Source of the DNA: Candidatus Peregrinibacteria bacterium
GTDB taxonomy: Bacteria; Patescibacteriota; Gracilibacteria; Peribacterales; Peribacteraceae
DNA: 60,456 bases
NCBI GenBank assembly: GCA_016178535.1
Contig: JACOTD010000078.1
Location: 1 to 60,456 of the forward strand
Reading direction: 5' to 3'
The notes under the pieces are model-generated. The model had not been told where the DNA came from and made no database searches. It was given only the letters and a program-made list of their open reading frames with translations. Position numbers and translations under genes: made by a program. This document shows positions 10,795 through 20,197 of the stretch, in pieces (within the stretch, counting starts at the first letter, position 1; every line of letters begins with the position of its first letter).

Positions 10795-11632
10795 AATTCT
10801 CTGGGAAGGATCCGCGGGCAGTCCTTCGACTCCGCTCAGGACAAGTATGCCCGCTCCTCAGCAGAAAAAGACACTTTCGGATTTCTCATACCTCAACAAA
10901 AAGACTCCTGACGGAGCCTTTTTGTGTGTGTATTCCCTCCTGCGACTATCGACGGTGTTTCTTCGAGGGACGACCGTTGAGCCGTTGTTGGTAGGAGGAT
11001 CCACGGAGGGGAGGTGCCCTCGTGCTCTTGCCCTGCTGGGGTTGCTTGTTTCTCCTCGTCACCCGGACGAAGTCCCCGTGCCGGTTCGCCGCGCGGGGCA
11101 CTGAGGCTCCGGGGGAACGCTGGGGAGAAAAGGGTGCACGTCCGTCGAGACAAACCTCTTCATCGCGGACGCGGCATCGCAGAGCAGAGAGAGGAGAAGG
11201 CACGGGCGATCCCGTGTCCTCTACCCAGAAATATCCAAGAGAGGAAATGTGTGGCCGGGAGGCACGAGCGCTTGAGCGCCTTCTCCCTTCTCTGCGCGGG
11301 GAGGAATCGTCAGATTGGTTTCTGATTTTTGGTATCTGGCTTTTCCTCAGAGTCGGTGGTGGCAAGGATCAGGGAATGTTTGTGTGGGCACCCGGGTGCG
11401 GTGTATGTGGGTGTGGATCTCTGTGATCTGCTCGGTAGCCATCGGCGTTGGAAGCAAATCTGAGCATGGTAAGGGTCGAGCTTTAGGTTTGCAAGCAACT
11501 GGGCTGTGATGACCATCGGAATTCTTCTGTGAATATATTTTGTATTCAGAAAACAAGAGGGATCGGTACATGGAGAATAAGAACATATAGATGCATTTCC
11601 GTATGTTCTCAAATTTTGTGCAAGTTCTTCCG

Positions 11633-12034
11633 TCATTGTCCCATGACGGCGGGGAAGAGGATGAGCACGATGACGATGAGGATGACGATGAAGCTCACGA
11701 GGGATGCGGCAGCCGCGACGTCCTTGGTTGCCCGTAATCCCGCGTGGTACTCCTCGCTCACCGATCCCGCGACCCGCAACTCATCGACGCAGTCCGTGAG
11801 GTGCTCGAGGGCGGTGTTCAGCAGCTCGATCGACAGGAAGAACCCTCCTGCGAGCGCGAGGGCAACCGTCTGCCACCGTTCGACGTTGAAGAGGGAAGAG
11901 ACCACGAGCAGCGCGATGAAGCCCGAGAGGAACAGCCGGAAGTTCCGTTCCTCCTTCAGCGCCTTCTGAAAGCCGCGCTTGGCATGGCCGAAGCTGCGGA
12001 CGGTGGTCTTGATCATGAGGGAAATGTACTCCAT
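11633..12034 (-). CDS. dgkA: Diacylglycerol kinase / undecaprenol kinase family (DgkA)
   Basis: RSFGHAKRGFQKALKEERNFRL...SIELLNTALEHLTDCVD...ATKDVAAAASLV, the DgkA signature with 3 TM helices. Start uncertain: ATG at 12034 or 12016, or TTG at 12082. Confidence 0.85.
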   Translation of the reverse strand: MEYISLMIKTTVRSFGHAKRGFQKALKEERNFRLFLSGFIALLVVSSLFNVERWQTVALALAGGFFLSIELLNTALEHLTDCVDELRVAGSVSEEYHAGLRATKDVAAAASLVSFIVILIVIVLILFPAVMGQ

Positions 12035-12084
12035 TTCCTGTAAACAATGAAAAGCGGTAAGCGGAGGATGCTTATCGCTCAACG

Positions 12085-13395
12085 TTAATCGCTTGCCGCT
12101 ATTCCTGGAACCGGGTACTTCAAACAGAACTCCTTCACTTCAGCATGGAGCTTCTCGAGCTCGGCTTCATCGCTGCGCTTCTCGATGGCCCTGAGCATGG
12201 ACGCGACGAGGAAATCCATCTCCGGTTCCTTCATGCCGCGCGTGGTGACGGCGGGGGTACCGAGGCGCAGGCCGCTGGGGGAGAACGGAGGGTTCGTGTC
12301 GTCCGGAACGGGGCTCTTGCTCGCCGTGATGCCGATGCGGTCGAAGAGATTTTCCACTTCTTTTCCATTGAGGTTGAACGACTGCACGCAGTTGACGATC
12401 ATCAAATGGTTGTCCGTGCCATTCGTCACGAGCTTGCAGCCGCCTTCCATCAGCCCCCGCGCCATCCGCTTGGCATTCTTCAGAATTTGCCTGGCGTACT
12501 CCTTGAACGACGGTTGCGTCGCTTCTCCCAGAGCCACGGCAATTGCCGCCGTCTGGTGCATGTGCGGACCGCCCTGCAGTCCCGGGAAGACACTGCGATC
12601 GAGGAGGGTCGGGAGGTTCGCGATGGTTTTCTCCGGAGCTCTGAGGGGATTCCCGACCGTTCCCTTACTCAGGATCATCGCGCCTCTGGGGCCGCGAAGA
12701 GTTTTGTGCGTCGTCGTGGTCATCACGTGGAAGCCGAAATCGAACGGATTCTTGAGAACTCCCGCCGCAATGAGGCCGGAGATATGCGCCATGTCCGCCA
12801 TGGCCACGGCGCCCACCTCATCCGCGATGCTCTTGAAGGCGGCGTAGTCGAGTTCGCGCGGGTAGGCCGTGAAGCCCGCGAGGATGATCTTGGGTTTCTC
12901 CTTCTTCGCCGTTTCCCGCATCTGATCGTAATCGAGCGCGCCCGTCTCGATGTCTTTCATTTTGTACCGCACGAAGCGGAAAATTCTTGCCATGTGCGTG
13001 ACGGGCGAGCCGTGGGTGAGATGTCCGCCGTGCGAGAGATCCATCCCGAGGATGGCGTCTCCCGGTTCCAGCCATGCCAAGTAGGCGGCCACGTTCGCCT
13101 CCGCGCCCGATGCGGGCTGCACGTTGGCGTGGTCGCAGCGGAAGATCGCCTTCGCCCGTTCGATCGCGAGCGTCTCCACCGCATCCGTGAATTGCTGCCC
13201 GCCGTAGTAGCGCTTGCCGGGGTACCCCTCGGAGTACTTGTTCGTGAACGGCGACCCCAGAGCTTCCAGAATGGAAGCCGAAACGTAGTTCTCCGATGCG
13301 ATCAGTTCCACTCCTTCTTGCTCCCGCCGCATTTCGCCTTTCACCGTGGCGTAGACGTCGGGATCGGTGCGTTGGAGGGAGGTGTAGATGGGCAT
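12085..13395 (-). CDS. glyA: Serine hydroxymethyltransferase
   Basis: MPIYTSLQRTDPDVYATVKGEMRREQEGVELIASENYVS...TTTTHKTLRGPRG (PLP lysine motif). The start is taken at the ATG at 13395, because the upstream part of the ORF runs into the REP element. Confidence 0.96.
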   Translation of the reverse strand: MPIYTSLQRTDPDVYATVKGEMRREQEGVELIASENYVSASILEALGSPFTNKYSEGYPGKRYYGGQQFTDAVETLAIERAKAIFRCDHANVQPASGAEANVAAYLAWLEPGDAILGMDLSHGGHLTHGSPVTHMARIFRFVRYKMKDIETGALDYDQMRETAKKEKPKIILAGFTAYPRELDYAAFKSIADEVGAVAMADMAHISGLIAAGVLKNPFDFGFHVMTTTTHKTLRGPRGAMILSKGTVGNPLRAPEKTIANLPTLLDRSVFPGLQGGPHMHQTAAIAVALGEATQPSFKEYARQILKNAKRMARGLMEGGCKLVTNGTDNHLMIVNCVQSFNLNGKEVENLFDRIGITASKSPVPDDTNPPFSPSGLRLGTPAVTTRGMKEPEMDFLVASMLRAIEKRSDEAELEKLHAEVKEFCLKYPVPGIAASD

Positions 13396-13552
13396 GGAAC
13401 AATGGAAAATTGACCCTTCGACACGGCTCAGGGTCACTTGGAGATAACTTTCATAGCTGGATTAGGGGTCATACTGAGCGAAGTCGAAGTGTGAAAATTA
13501 TGGAAGCGATTTAAGACTTGGCACTTCCTTCTCCATTTTCAATTATCAATTT
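13396..13552. repeat. Composite REP-like element, family B, copy B3 (glyA 5' region)
   Basis: ggaaaattgac, then cccttcgacacggctcagggtcac (13414-13437), a 30-nt spacer, then gtcatactgagcgaagtcgaagtgtga (13468-13494), aaattatggaagcg, and finally ccattttcaattatcaattttcaattgtcaattttt words. Confidence 0.75.
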
Positions 13553-14131
13553 TCAATTGTCAATTTTTCCCCTCGCCGTGATCACTGCATCCACCGTCTC
13601 ATCGTGCGCGTCCATCGGCACGTCGTTCACCATTTGCGCTTCGAAGCAGACTCCCCAGAATTTCGTCTGCGGATTCAGTGTTCGTTGCCTCCGGATCCAG
13701 ATGTCGTAGCCGCCGTTGCCTCGTCCGAGGCGTTTCCCCGTCTTGGTGTAGGCCCGCGCAGGAACGAGTGCGATCGAGAGTTCTTCCGGATTCAGCGGGG
13801 GAGAGGTCAGAGGAGGTTCGAGAATCTTGAGCGGTCCCATCACGAGACGTTCCAAGCTCTCCGCTCGACGGAACACCAGAGCGTTCTTCTCGAAAGCAGG
13901 CAGTGCGATGATCCAGCCTTCGCTGAGAAGTTCTTCCAGGAGAGGCCGGATATTCGGTTCCGTCGGCATCGGGACGTACCCGGCGATGACGCCCGGTTCC
14001 TTCGGAAGCACTTCGCGAATCCGTCGACAGAGGCTGCGGCTCTCGGCGTCGAGATTTTTCTTACTCCTATGCGCGAGGCGTTCCTGGATGGAGCGCCGGA
14101 GGAGTGTTTTCTGGTCGTGCAGATTGGTCAT
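13553..14131 (-). CDS. 5-formyltetrahydrofolate cyclo-ligase
   Basis: 192 aa: KTLLRRSIQERL...GYVPMPTEPNIRPLLEEL...LVPARAYTKTGKRLGRGNGGYD...DVPMDAHDETVDAVIT, the MTHFS family pattern. It is adjacent to glyA. Confidence 0.85.
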   Translation of the reverse strand: MTNLHDQKTLLRRSIQERLAHRSKKNLDAESRSLCRRIREVLPKEPGVIAGYVPMPTEPNIRPLLEELLSEGWIIALPAFEKNALVFRRAESLERLVMGPLKILEPPLTSPPLNPEELSIALVPARAYTKTGKRLGRGNGGYDIWIRRQRTLNPQTKFWGVCFEAQMVNDVPMDAHDETVDAVITARGKIDN

Positions 14132-14264
14132 ACAATCGAATGAAGAGAAAGTTGTTGGATGTGTTCGTCTCTCGTTGATCCTTTCTCGCTGAGGAGTTCT
14201 TCTGCATCTTCTTCTGAATCCATAAGCGAGAAACGCCCGCCTGCCGGACGGGCAGGAAAAACGA

Positions 14265-15770
14265 TCAAAAGATCTCCGTCACCGCTTCCGCCAGATCCAC
14301 CGCCTTGGCATCGACCATCACGGGTTCGCGGTCTTCTTCCACGATGCACAGGAGCTTGAGGGGTCGCTTGAACACATCGCGGAGATTCTCCTCGATACGG
14401 TAGGTCGCCTCGTTCCGCGAAACGCGGTCGCGGTGGAAGCGCGAAGAAAAGCTCACGGTCACGGTCAGATCCTCAATCGCCATCACCCGTCCGTTCTTGA
14501 GCGACATCTTCACCGCTGCCGGCGTCGCCTGGTCGACGATGGAGGGCCACAGACGAAGGATCGCCGCCATCGTCAGCTCGGGGGCTTCGATCGTCGCGGC
14601 AGCCGGGCTTTCGTTCTCCTGTTTGGCCGTCTTGTCCGGCTCCTTGCGTTCCTTCTGCGTGGTTCGGCGCGACGTTTCGGGATCCTTGGGTGTGAGCTCC
14701 GTCTTGATCGTGTCCTTCTTGACAGCGTCTTTTTCCTGTCGGACCGTGCTGTCGAGTTTCTCGGGGAGAACCTGTCCGCACAGCGAGAGCAGCGCAGATT
14801 CGAGCACGAGGCCCGGAATGGGGGCGACCCTGAGGTTCTTGATGGCCTCGAGCAGGATATCGAGCATCGCCACGATCGCCGTGATTTGCTGCTTCGCTTC
14901 AATCGCCGCGTGCAGACGCTGCCGGAGCATGCCGAGGAGAGAACGCGTCACGCCGTCGAGCGGGATGCCCGCATCTTCGGCGTGTCGCACAGCCGTGACG
15001 ATCCCCGTCCGATCCTTCTCTTCGAGTGTTTTCAGGATGGTCTCCGCTTCCTCCTCCCCCGAGGCCCCCATGCGCTCCCGCACTTCCTCGAGCCCGATCT
15101 TCTCCAGAGAACGCAGCTGATCAAGCAGCGAAATGCCGTCGCGCATGCCTCCCTGTGCGTGGTGCGCGATGGCCCGCAACGCGGCGCGGTCGACCGTGAT
15201 GTGCTCCTGATCGGCAATGTGCTGGAGCCGACGGACGATGTCATCTTCCCGGATGTGCCGGAACGTGTAGCGCTGGCACCGGGACTGGATCGTCGCGGGA
15301 ATCTTGTGGAGCTCGGTCGTGGCGAGGATGAAGTACGCGTAGGGCGGCGGTTCCTCGAGGGTCTTCAGGAGCGCATTGAATGCTTCGCGCGTGAGCATGT
15401 GGACTTCATCGATGATGTAGACCTTCGCGTGCGTCACGACCGGCGCGAATTCGATGCGCTCGATGAGGCTGCGGATGTCGTCGATTCCCCGATTGCTCGC
15501 TGCGTCGATCTCGATCAAGTCGACGATGCTCCCGTCTTCTACCCCCCGCACGATCTGCCGCGCGAGTGTCTCATCGTCGACCCCCCTCGTGAGGATCGCC
15601 TTCGCGAGGATGCGTGCCACAGAGGTCTTCCCCGTGCCGCGCGCACCGGCGAAGAGGTACGCATGCGCGATCTTGCCCTGCGCCGCCGCGTGCTCGAGCG
15701 TCGTCACGACGTGGTCCTGCCCCACGACATCGGCGAAGGTCTGCGGACGGTAGGTGCGGTAGAGGGACAT
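14265..15770 (-). CDS. dnaX: DNA polymerase III subunit gamma/tau
   Basis: MSLYRTYRPQTFADVVGQDHVVTTLEHAAAQGKIAHAYLFAGARGTGKTSVARILAKAI...IIDEVHML...SRCQRYTF. Confidence 0.95.
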   Translation of the reverse strand: MSLYRTYRPQTFADVVGQDHVVTTLEHAAAQGKIAHAYLFAGARGTGKTSVARILAKAILTRGVDDETLARQIVRGVEDGSIVDLIEIDAASNRGIDDIRSLIERIEFAPVVTHAKVYIIDEVHMLTREAFNALLKTLEEPPPYAYFILATTELHKIPATIQSRCQRYTFRHIREDDIVRRLQHIADQEHITVDRAALRAIAHHAQGGMRDGISLLDQLRSLEKIGLEEVRERMGASGEEEAETILKTLEEKDRTGIVTAVRHAEDAGIPLDGVTRSLLGMLRQRLHAAIEAKQQITAIVAMLDILLEAIKNLRVAPIPGLVLESALLSLCGQVLPEKLDSTVRQEKDAVKKDTIKTELTPKDPETSRRTTQKERKEPDKTAKQENESPAAATIEAPELTMAAILRLWPSIVDQATPAAVKMSLKNGRVMAIEDLTVTVSFSSRFHRDRVSRNEATYRIEENLRDVFKRPLKLLCIVEEDREPVMVDAKAVDLAEAVTEIF

Positions 15771-15808
15771 GGGGGGAGTATAGGGCGTTTTGAAGTCATT
15801 GATCTAGC

Positions 15809-15985
15809 GAGAAATTGACAATTGACAATTGAAAATGAACAATGCAAATATCGCTCTGATGCGAGAGGTGCTTCCATAATTTCACACTTCGACTCCGCTC
15901 AGTATGACCCACAGCCCAGATGTCAGAGTAATCTGCGAGTGATCCTGAGCTGTGTCGAAGGGGCAATTATCAATTTTCAATTCGC
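15809..15985. repeat. Composite REP-like element, family B, copy B4 (inverted orientation)
   Basis: aattgacaattgacaattgaaaatgaacaatg words, then cttccataatt, tcacacttcgactccgctcagtatgac (15882-15908), a 30-nt spacer, gtgatcctgagctgtgtcgaagggg (15939-15963), and caattatcaattttcaatt. It is the reverse complement of the B3 architecture. Confidence 0.75.
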
Positions 15986-16010
15986 GACGCATATGTTATT
16001 CTTTGCTCCT

Positions 16011-16604
16011 ATGAAACGGACCGCCTTCGTTCTCTTGATTCTCAACTTCGCGCTTACCGCCTGCGTTGACACAACGGACATCTCGCCGAGCTCCAGCCGC
16101 CCGCCGCGCGGCAATCCCCAAGCATCCATCCTTGTCCAGGAATTTGCCGATCTCCAATGTCCCTCCTGTCGATCCGCCCAGACGTTGGTCGTGCAGCCGC
16201 TCCTGGAGAAGTACGGCTCACAAATTCGCTTCGAGTATCGGCACTTCCCGATCCAATCCCTCCACCGCTACGCGCTCGATGCCGCGGAAGCAGCCGAATG
16301 CGCAGCCGACCAGGGGAAATTCTGGGAGTTCGTCGATCTGGATTACGCCAATCAGGATCTGCTCAACCGTACGGCGATCCAGCAGTGGGCGCAGCAGCTC
16401 AAGCTCGATACCTCTCTCTTCAGCCGCTGCACGCGCTCGCGCATCAAGCGCAAGGAGATTCTCGCTGACTACGACGAGGGAACGGCTGGGGGCGTTACGG
16501 GCACGCCGACATTCTTCGTCAACGGACAGAAGGTTGATTCGACCATTCAAGCACTGAGCGCAGCCATCGATGCAGCCATCAAGGGAACGGGGACGAAGTT
16601 GTGA
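16011..16604 (+). CDS. DsbA-family thiol:disulfide oxidoreductase lipoprotein
   Basis: MKRTAFVLLILNFALTAC (lipobox), the thioredoxin CxxC site in EFADLQCPSCRSA, and the C-terminal GVTGTPTFFVNG motif. An alternative ATG lies at 15993. Confidence 0.85.
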   Translation: MKRTAFVLLILNFALTACVDTTDISPSSSRPPRGNPQASILVQEFADLQCPSCRSAQTLVVQPLLEKYGSQIRFEYRHFPIQSLHRYALDAAEAAECAADQGKFWEFVDLDYANQDLLNRTAIQQWAQQLKLDTSLFSRCTRSRIKRKEILADYDEGTAGGVTGTPTFFVNGQKVDSTIQALSAAIDAAIKGTGTKL

Positions 16605-16605
16605 T

Positions 16606-16885
16606 GTATGGTTTTGGTTTGTTTTGTAGGCGATCTCACCCCCAACCCCTCTCCTCCTTCCAAAGAAGGAGCAAAGAGTTTTGTGTTCATCATTGATACA
16701 TCGAACAGAGGAGAGGGGAGTGTTTGTGTTCTGTTTGGTGGAAGCTAAAAAAACACAAACAAAACATCCCCCTCTCCTTTCTCCGAATCTTCAAGAATGT
16801 TCTCCTGCATCGAAGAAAGGAAAATGGAAGGAGGAGAGGGGCGAGGGGTGAGGTGAAACAGAAACAGAAACAAAAAATACAATTT
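16606..16885. repeat. Family A-related G/C-hairpin element(s); double, palindromic copy A2
   Basis: The left end ggtttgttttgtaggcgatctcaccccc pairs with the right end ggggtgaggtgaaacagaaacagaaacaaaa. Internal long-range pairs are cccctctcctc...gaggagagggg and ccccctctcc...ggaggagagggg. The central arms are gtgtttgtgttctgtttgg / aaacacaaacaaaaca. Confidence 0.7.
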
Positions 16886-16985
16886 CCTCATTCCAGAGCC
16901 CATCCTTCTCTCTTGACGAACGTGCAGAGAGAGAGCGCAGCTTCCATTTGTGCAGGACCCTGCATGTCAGTTTCGCTTTAATTCT

Positions 16986-17447
16986 ATGTCCACACCTGAG
17001 CAAGATTCACCCACTGATGTTCCTCCCCCAACGTCAGCCACTCCATCAGCGCCTGATACAGATGCAGTCACAGAGGAAGTGCGCCGAGCAATGCAGCCCC
17101 CACGTCGCAGGCGTCTCGAAGTTGATGACATCGGTGATGTAACCATTGTCAGCTTCACCGATCGCGACATTCTCGATGAGCACAACATCCAAGTCATCGG
17201 CGATCAGCTCTACGGACCCGTCGAAGAGGGGAGGAAGAAACTTCTCCTCAATTTTGGCAACGTCGAATACATGGCGTCCATGGCACTCGCGAAGCTCATA
17301 ACTCTTCAAAAGATCGTGCAAGATGCCGGAGGAAAATTGGTGCTCTGCAATCTCGATCCGGAGATTCGTGAGGTATTTGAAATTACCAGACTCGATACAA
17401 TGTTCGCGATTCGCGGAGATGAACAGGATGGTCTCCAGGTGTTTTGA
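16986..17447 (+). CDS. STAS-domain protein (anti-sigma-factor antagonist family)
   Basis: VDDIGDVTIVSFTDRDILDEHNIQVIGDQLY...KKLLLNFGNVEYMASMALAKLITLQKIVQDAGGKLVLCNLDPEIREVFEITRLDTMF, preceded by a P/T-rich N-terminal extension. Confidence 0.8.
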   Translation: MSTPEQDSPTDVPPPTSATPSAPDTDAVTEEVRRAMQPPRRRRLEVDDIGDVTIVSFTDRDILDEHNIQVIGDQLYGPVEEGRKKLLLNFGNVEYMASMALAKLITLQKIVQDAGGKLVLCNLDPEIREVFEITRLDTMFAIRGDEQDGLQVF

Positions 17448-17514
17448 GGCGAAATGTCATGACGCACTCCCCTGCCGGTTTTCTCTTCACCTCGAGGGGA
17501 AGACCGGCCTTTCG

Positions 17515-18132
17515 TTATCCCTTACTCAACTGCGCGAAGCCGTAGAGCAATTGCAATTGCGAATCCCAGAGGACGACCGTGCGGTAGTGAGGGGGAACCG
17601 CCGAGCCCGACCCCGACGGCTTGGGCGGCAGCGGCACATCGTACTGCTGTGAATCGTAGGGAGATTCCAGACGTCCGAGATCCACACTCGTCGCATCCGG
17701 GAAGGGTACGTCCCGCGGATCCATGACGGTCGTGAGGTACACGTGGAGCGACGGGCCGGGATCCGTTTCGAAGCCGGGTCCGAGCGAAAGAGCGTTGCCC
17801 GCGAGCATGGCGGGCCCCTGGACTTGCTCGCCGATCGAGACGAAGTTGCCGATGACCGCCTCATGACGTTTGCGCGTGTAGTCTTGCTCGCGGCCGAGCG
17901 CATCCAGGCGGATCTTGTCCACGATCGCCGCGCGGGTTTTATACTGCAGGAGCTTCTGGTCGTTCATCTGCAGGCTCACCATCCGGTCTACGAGCTCGCC
18001 CCAGTAGCGCTCCGCGAAGATGGGATTGCGCAGGCGCTGCTCGAGCGTCACGTGCGGCGTGGGGGCGGGTTGGCAGGCGGTGAGGGCGAGGACGAGGAGA
18101 GCACCGCACGAAAGAAGCAGAGATGAGCGCAT
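17515..18132 (-). CDS. Lipoprotein with a C-terminal DM13-like domain
   Basis: MRSSLLLSCGALLVLALTAC (lipobox). The C-terminal half (GNFVSIGEQVQGPAMLAGNALSLGPGFETDPGPSLHVYLT...DLGRLESPYDSQQYDVP) resembles the DM13 pattern (..F.t..GPdL.VyL..). The assignment is from memory of the family. Confidence 0.6.
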   Translation of the reverse strand: MRSSLLLSCGALLVLALTACQPAPTPHVTLEQRLRNPIFAERYWGELVDRMVSLQMNDQKLLQYKTRAAIVDKIRLDALGREQDYTRKRHEAVIGNFVSIGEQVQGPAMLAGNALSLGPGFETDPGPSLHVYLTTVMDPRDVPFPDATSVDLGRLESPYDSQQYDVPLPPKPSGSGSAVPPHYRTVVLWDSQLQLLYGFAQLSKG

Positions 18133-18210
18133 AGGGGCGCCATCCTAGTGTTGATCAGTGACAGTCGCAAGCTGAGATTCGCATCATTATCCAGCCATCC
18201 AACCATCATT

Positions 18211-20118
18211 TCACGCCGCCATCGCATGATGGGGTTCGTGCGCGGTTTTCGCATCGACCTCGGGTTGCGCGAGCGTCGTCGTTTTGTTGTGCTGCACTGC
18301 TCCGTTCTCCGTGAAGCGGATGCCGCGATTCTCCATCTCGTTCGCCAGACGCTGCAGGTGCGGATGCACGTTCTGGTTGATGTACTCGTGCTTCTCGTAG
18401 GCGAGGTCGACCGGGATCTCCGTGGTCCAGTACGTGAAGTAGAAGTTGTTCTTCTGCGCCTCGAGCATCTCGTCGAGCGGTCCCGCGCTCTGGCGATTCG
18501 TGTAGAGAATTTGGGGCGAATTCACGCGCTCCTGCTCGCGCATGGCCGCGTGGGCGTTCGTGGGGTTCGTCACACTATTCGCTTCGAGCCCTCTCTTGCT
18601 GTGGCCGTGCTTCATGCGCTCGGGGGTCTGCATCTCCGCGGATTTCTGGAGCGCTTTCTCCTTGTCGTCGTCCAGGTAGTGATGGCGCCGACACCACACG
18701 CGGTTGTACCAGAGGATGCGCTTGGCGCGGAACTTGCGCGCGCTCTGGAGTGAGAGCACGTGCGAACGGCGATGTTCCGCGGGAATCTGCTCCAGCCAGT
18801 GCCGCGTTTCGTCCACCACCTCCTGATCGCTCGGCTTGCGCTCTTCCTTCGTCTGCCCCTTTCCCCGGTCGCTTCGATGCTGCCGCAGGTACTGCTCCAT
18901 CGATTGCAGCTTCTGGCTGTCTTCGACGGTCATCGGCTTGCTCCTCGCCTCTTTGATCTCCCGCTGCGCGATGTCCCAGTCCTGCATGTCGAGCGCGTTT
19001 CGGATGCTGAGGAAGTCCGGCCGTTCCCTGTTGATGTCCGCAAACCTCCTCCCTGCTTCCTCCACGTAGGCTTTGCGCTTGTCGTAGTGCCAGTCCAGGA
19101 AAATATTCTTGTGGACGAAGTGGAAGGTGCGCGGCGTGCCGATCCTCTCCCGCATCTGCTCGATCTTCACGAATTCCCGCCCCACCTCCGTCCAGCGGTT
19201 GATGAGTTCGGAGAGCGTCATCGGCTCTTTGCCTTTGCCGTTCAGGAATGCCTCAATCTTGTGCGGATCGGCGCCGCTCTCGAAGATCCGGCGCAGCCAG
19301 AAGCCAACCTTCCAGGGTGCGAGGCCTCCGGCGCCCACCGCATCCCGCAACTTCGCCTCGGCCTTCTTATACAGTTCCTTGCAGCGGGCCTGCGGGTTCT
19401 TCTCCAGTTTCTTGAGCACCGCGATCTGCGCGAGGATTGTATCGACGATGTTCCTGCGGTACTCGAAGTGCCCGTCCTTGAACGCCTCCAACTTCACCAT
19501 CCCCAGCTGCTCGATGTCGTTCTCCGTGAGATGCATCTGCTTCACGTCCTTTTCAATGTCGTCCATGCTCTTCCCGAGCTTCTCCCAGTTCTTGTAGTAC
19601 TCGGGGAATTTCTCCGTCAAGAAAGCCTCTTTCTTCCAGTGCTGCACCTCATCGGTCTTCAGGCGCCTCATCCAATTCTCCGCGCTCGTTGCGCCGATCC
19701 AGCCTTTCGACGCAGCGTGCCGAATGTCGATCGTGAATTTCTGCTCCATTCGTGTGAGTCGGCTTTCCATTTCGGGAATGTATCGATCGATGGATTCGCG
19801 GACCACGTCCATTCGCTCTTCCATGGTTGAGCCTTTGCCCGTCGATTGCGCGTAGAGCTCCCACTGCGACTCGGAACGATTGTATCGTTCAAATTCTTCA
19901 AGATCTCGTTGGCTGACCATGGATGTCGCGCTCATCATGGATCGATAGCGCTGCAGGGCTTGCTCCAATACTCGTTTGAATTGTTCGGTCGCTTCCATGT
20001 CGCCCATCTGCGATGCTCCGTCACCGTAGTCTTTCCGTCCGGTTTTTTCAGCTATCACGCGATGCTGCGTTTCACCGATGGCCATCTTGCCGAGCGTTGT
20101 GAGGTGCACGTCTGGCAT
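18211..20118 (-). CDS. Hypothetical protein, 635 aa, charged/alpha-helical, no recognisable domain
   Basis: Uninterrupted ORF with an ATG at 20118 and GC3-rich codons like neighbouring genes. There is no TM or signal peptide. It is 78 nt upstream of, and co-oriented with, the DM13 lipoprotein gene. Confidence 0.65.
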   Translation of the reverse strand: MPDVHLTTLGKMAIGETQHRVIAEKTGRKDYGDGASQMGDMEATEQFKRVLEQALQRYRSMMSATSMVSQRDLEEFERYNRSESQWELYAQSTGKGSTMEERMDVVRESIDRYIPEMESRLTRMEQKFTIDIRHAASKGWIGATSAENWMRRLKTDEVQHWKKEAFLTEKFPEYYKNWEKLGKSMDDIEKDVKQMHLTENDIEQLGMVKLEAFKDGHFEYRRNIVDTILAQIAVLKKLEKNPQARCKELYKKAEAKLRDAVGAGGLAPWKVGFWLRRIFESGADPHKIEAFLNGKGKEPMTLSELINRWTEVGREFVKIEQMRERIGTPRTFHFVHKNIFLDWHYDKRKAYVEEAGRRFADINRERPDFLSIRNALDMQDWDIAQREIKEARSKPMTVEDSQKLQSMEQYLRQHRSDRGKGQTKEERKPSDQEVVDETRHWLEQIPAEHRRSHVLSLQSARKFRAKRILWYNRVWCRRHHYLDDDKEKALQKSAEMQTPERMKHGHSKRGLEANSVTNPTNAHAAMREQERVNSPQILYTNRQSAGPLDEMLEAQKNNFYFTYWTTEIPVDLAYEKHEYINQNVHPHLQRLANEMENRGIRFTENGAVQHNKTTTLAQPEVDAKTAHEPHHAMAA

Positions 20119-20197
20119 GGACGCTCATTCTACCAGCGCGATGGGGAATGACACTTCTCTTGGCACCAAAATCGTTTCCTGTGCTACGCTCCCCAAG

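Noticed and set aside
10980-11320. RNase P RNA (type A), tmRNA or SRP RNA in the long convergent gap.
   Set aside because: Only short loose resemblances to RNase P strings were found, in the wrong order. There is no GGAAAGUCC / ACAGAA-CCGGCUUA P4 pair, no tRNA-like 3' end or tag ORF for tmRNA, and no GGAAGCAGCC SRP motif. The region is left as an unassigned finding.
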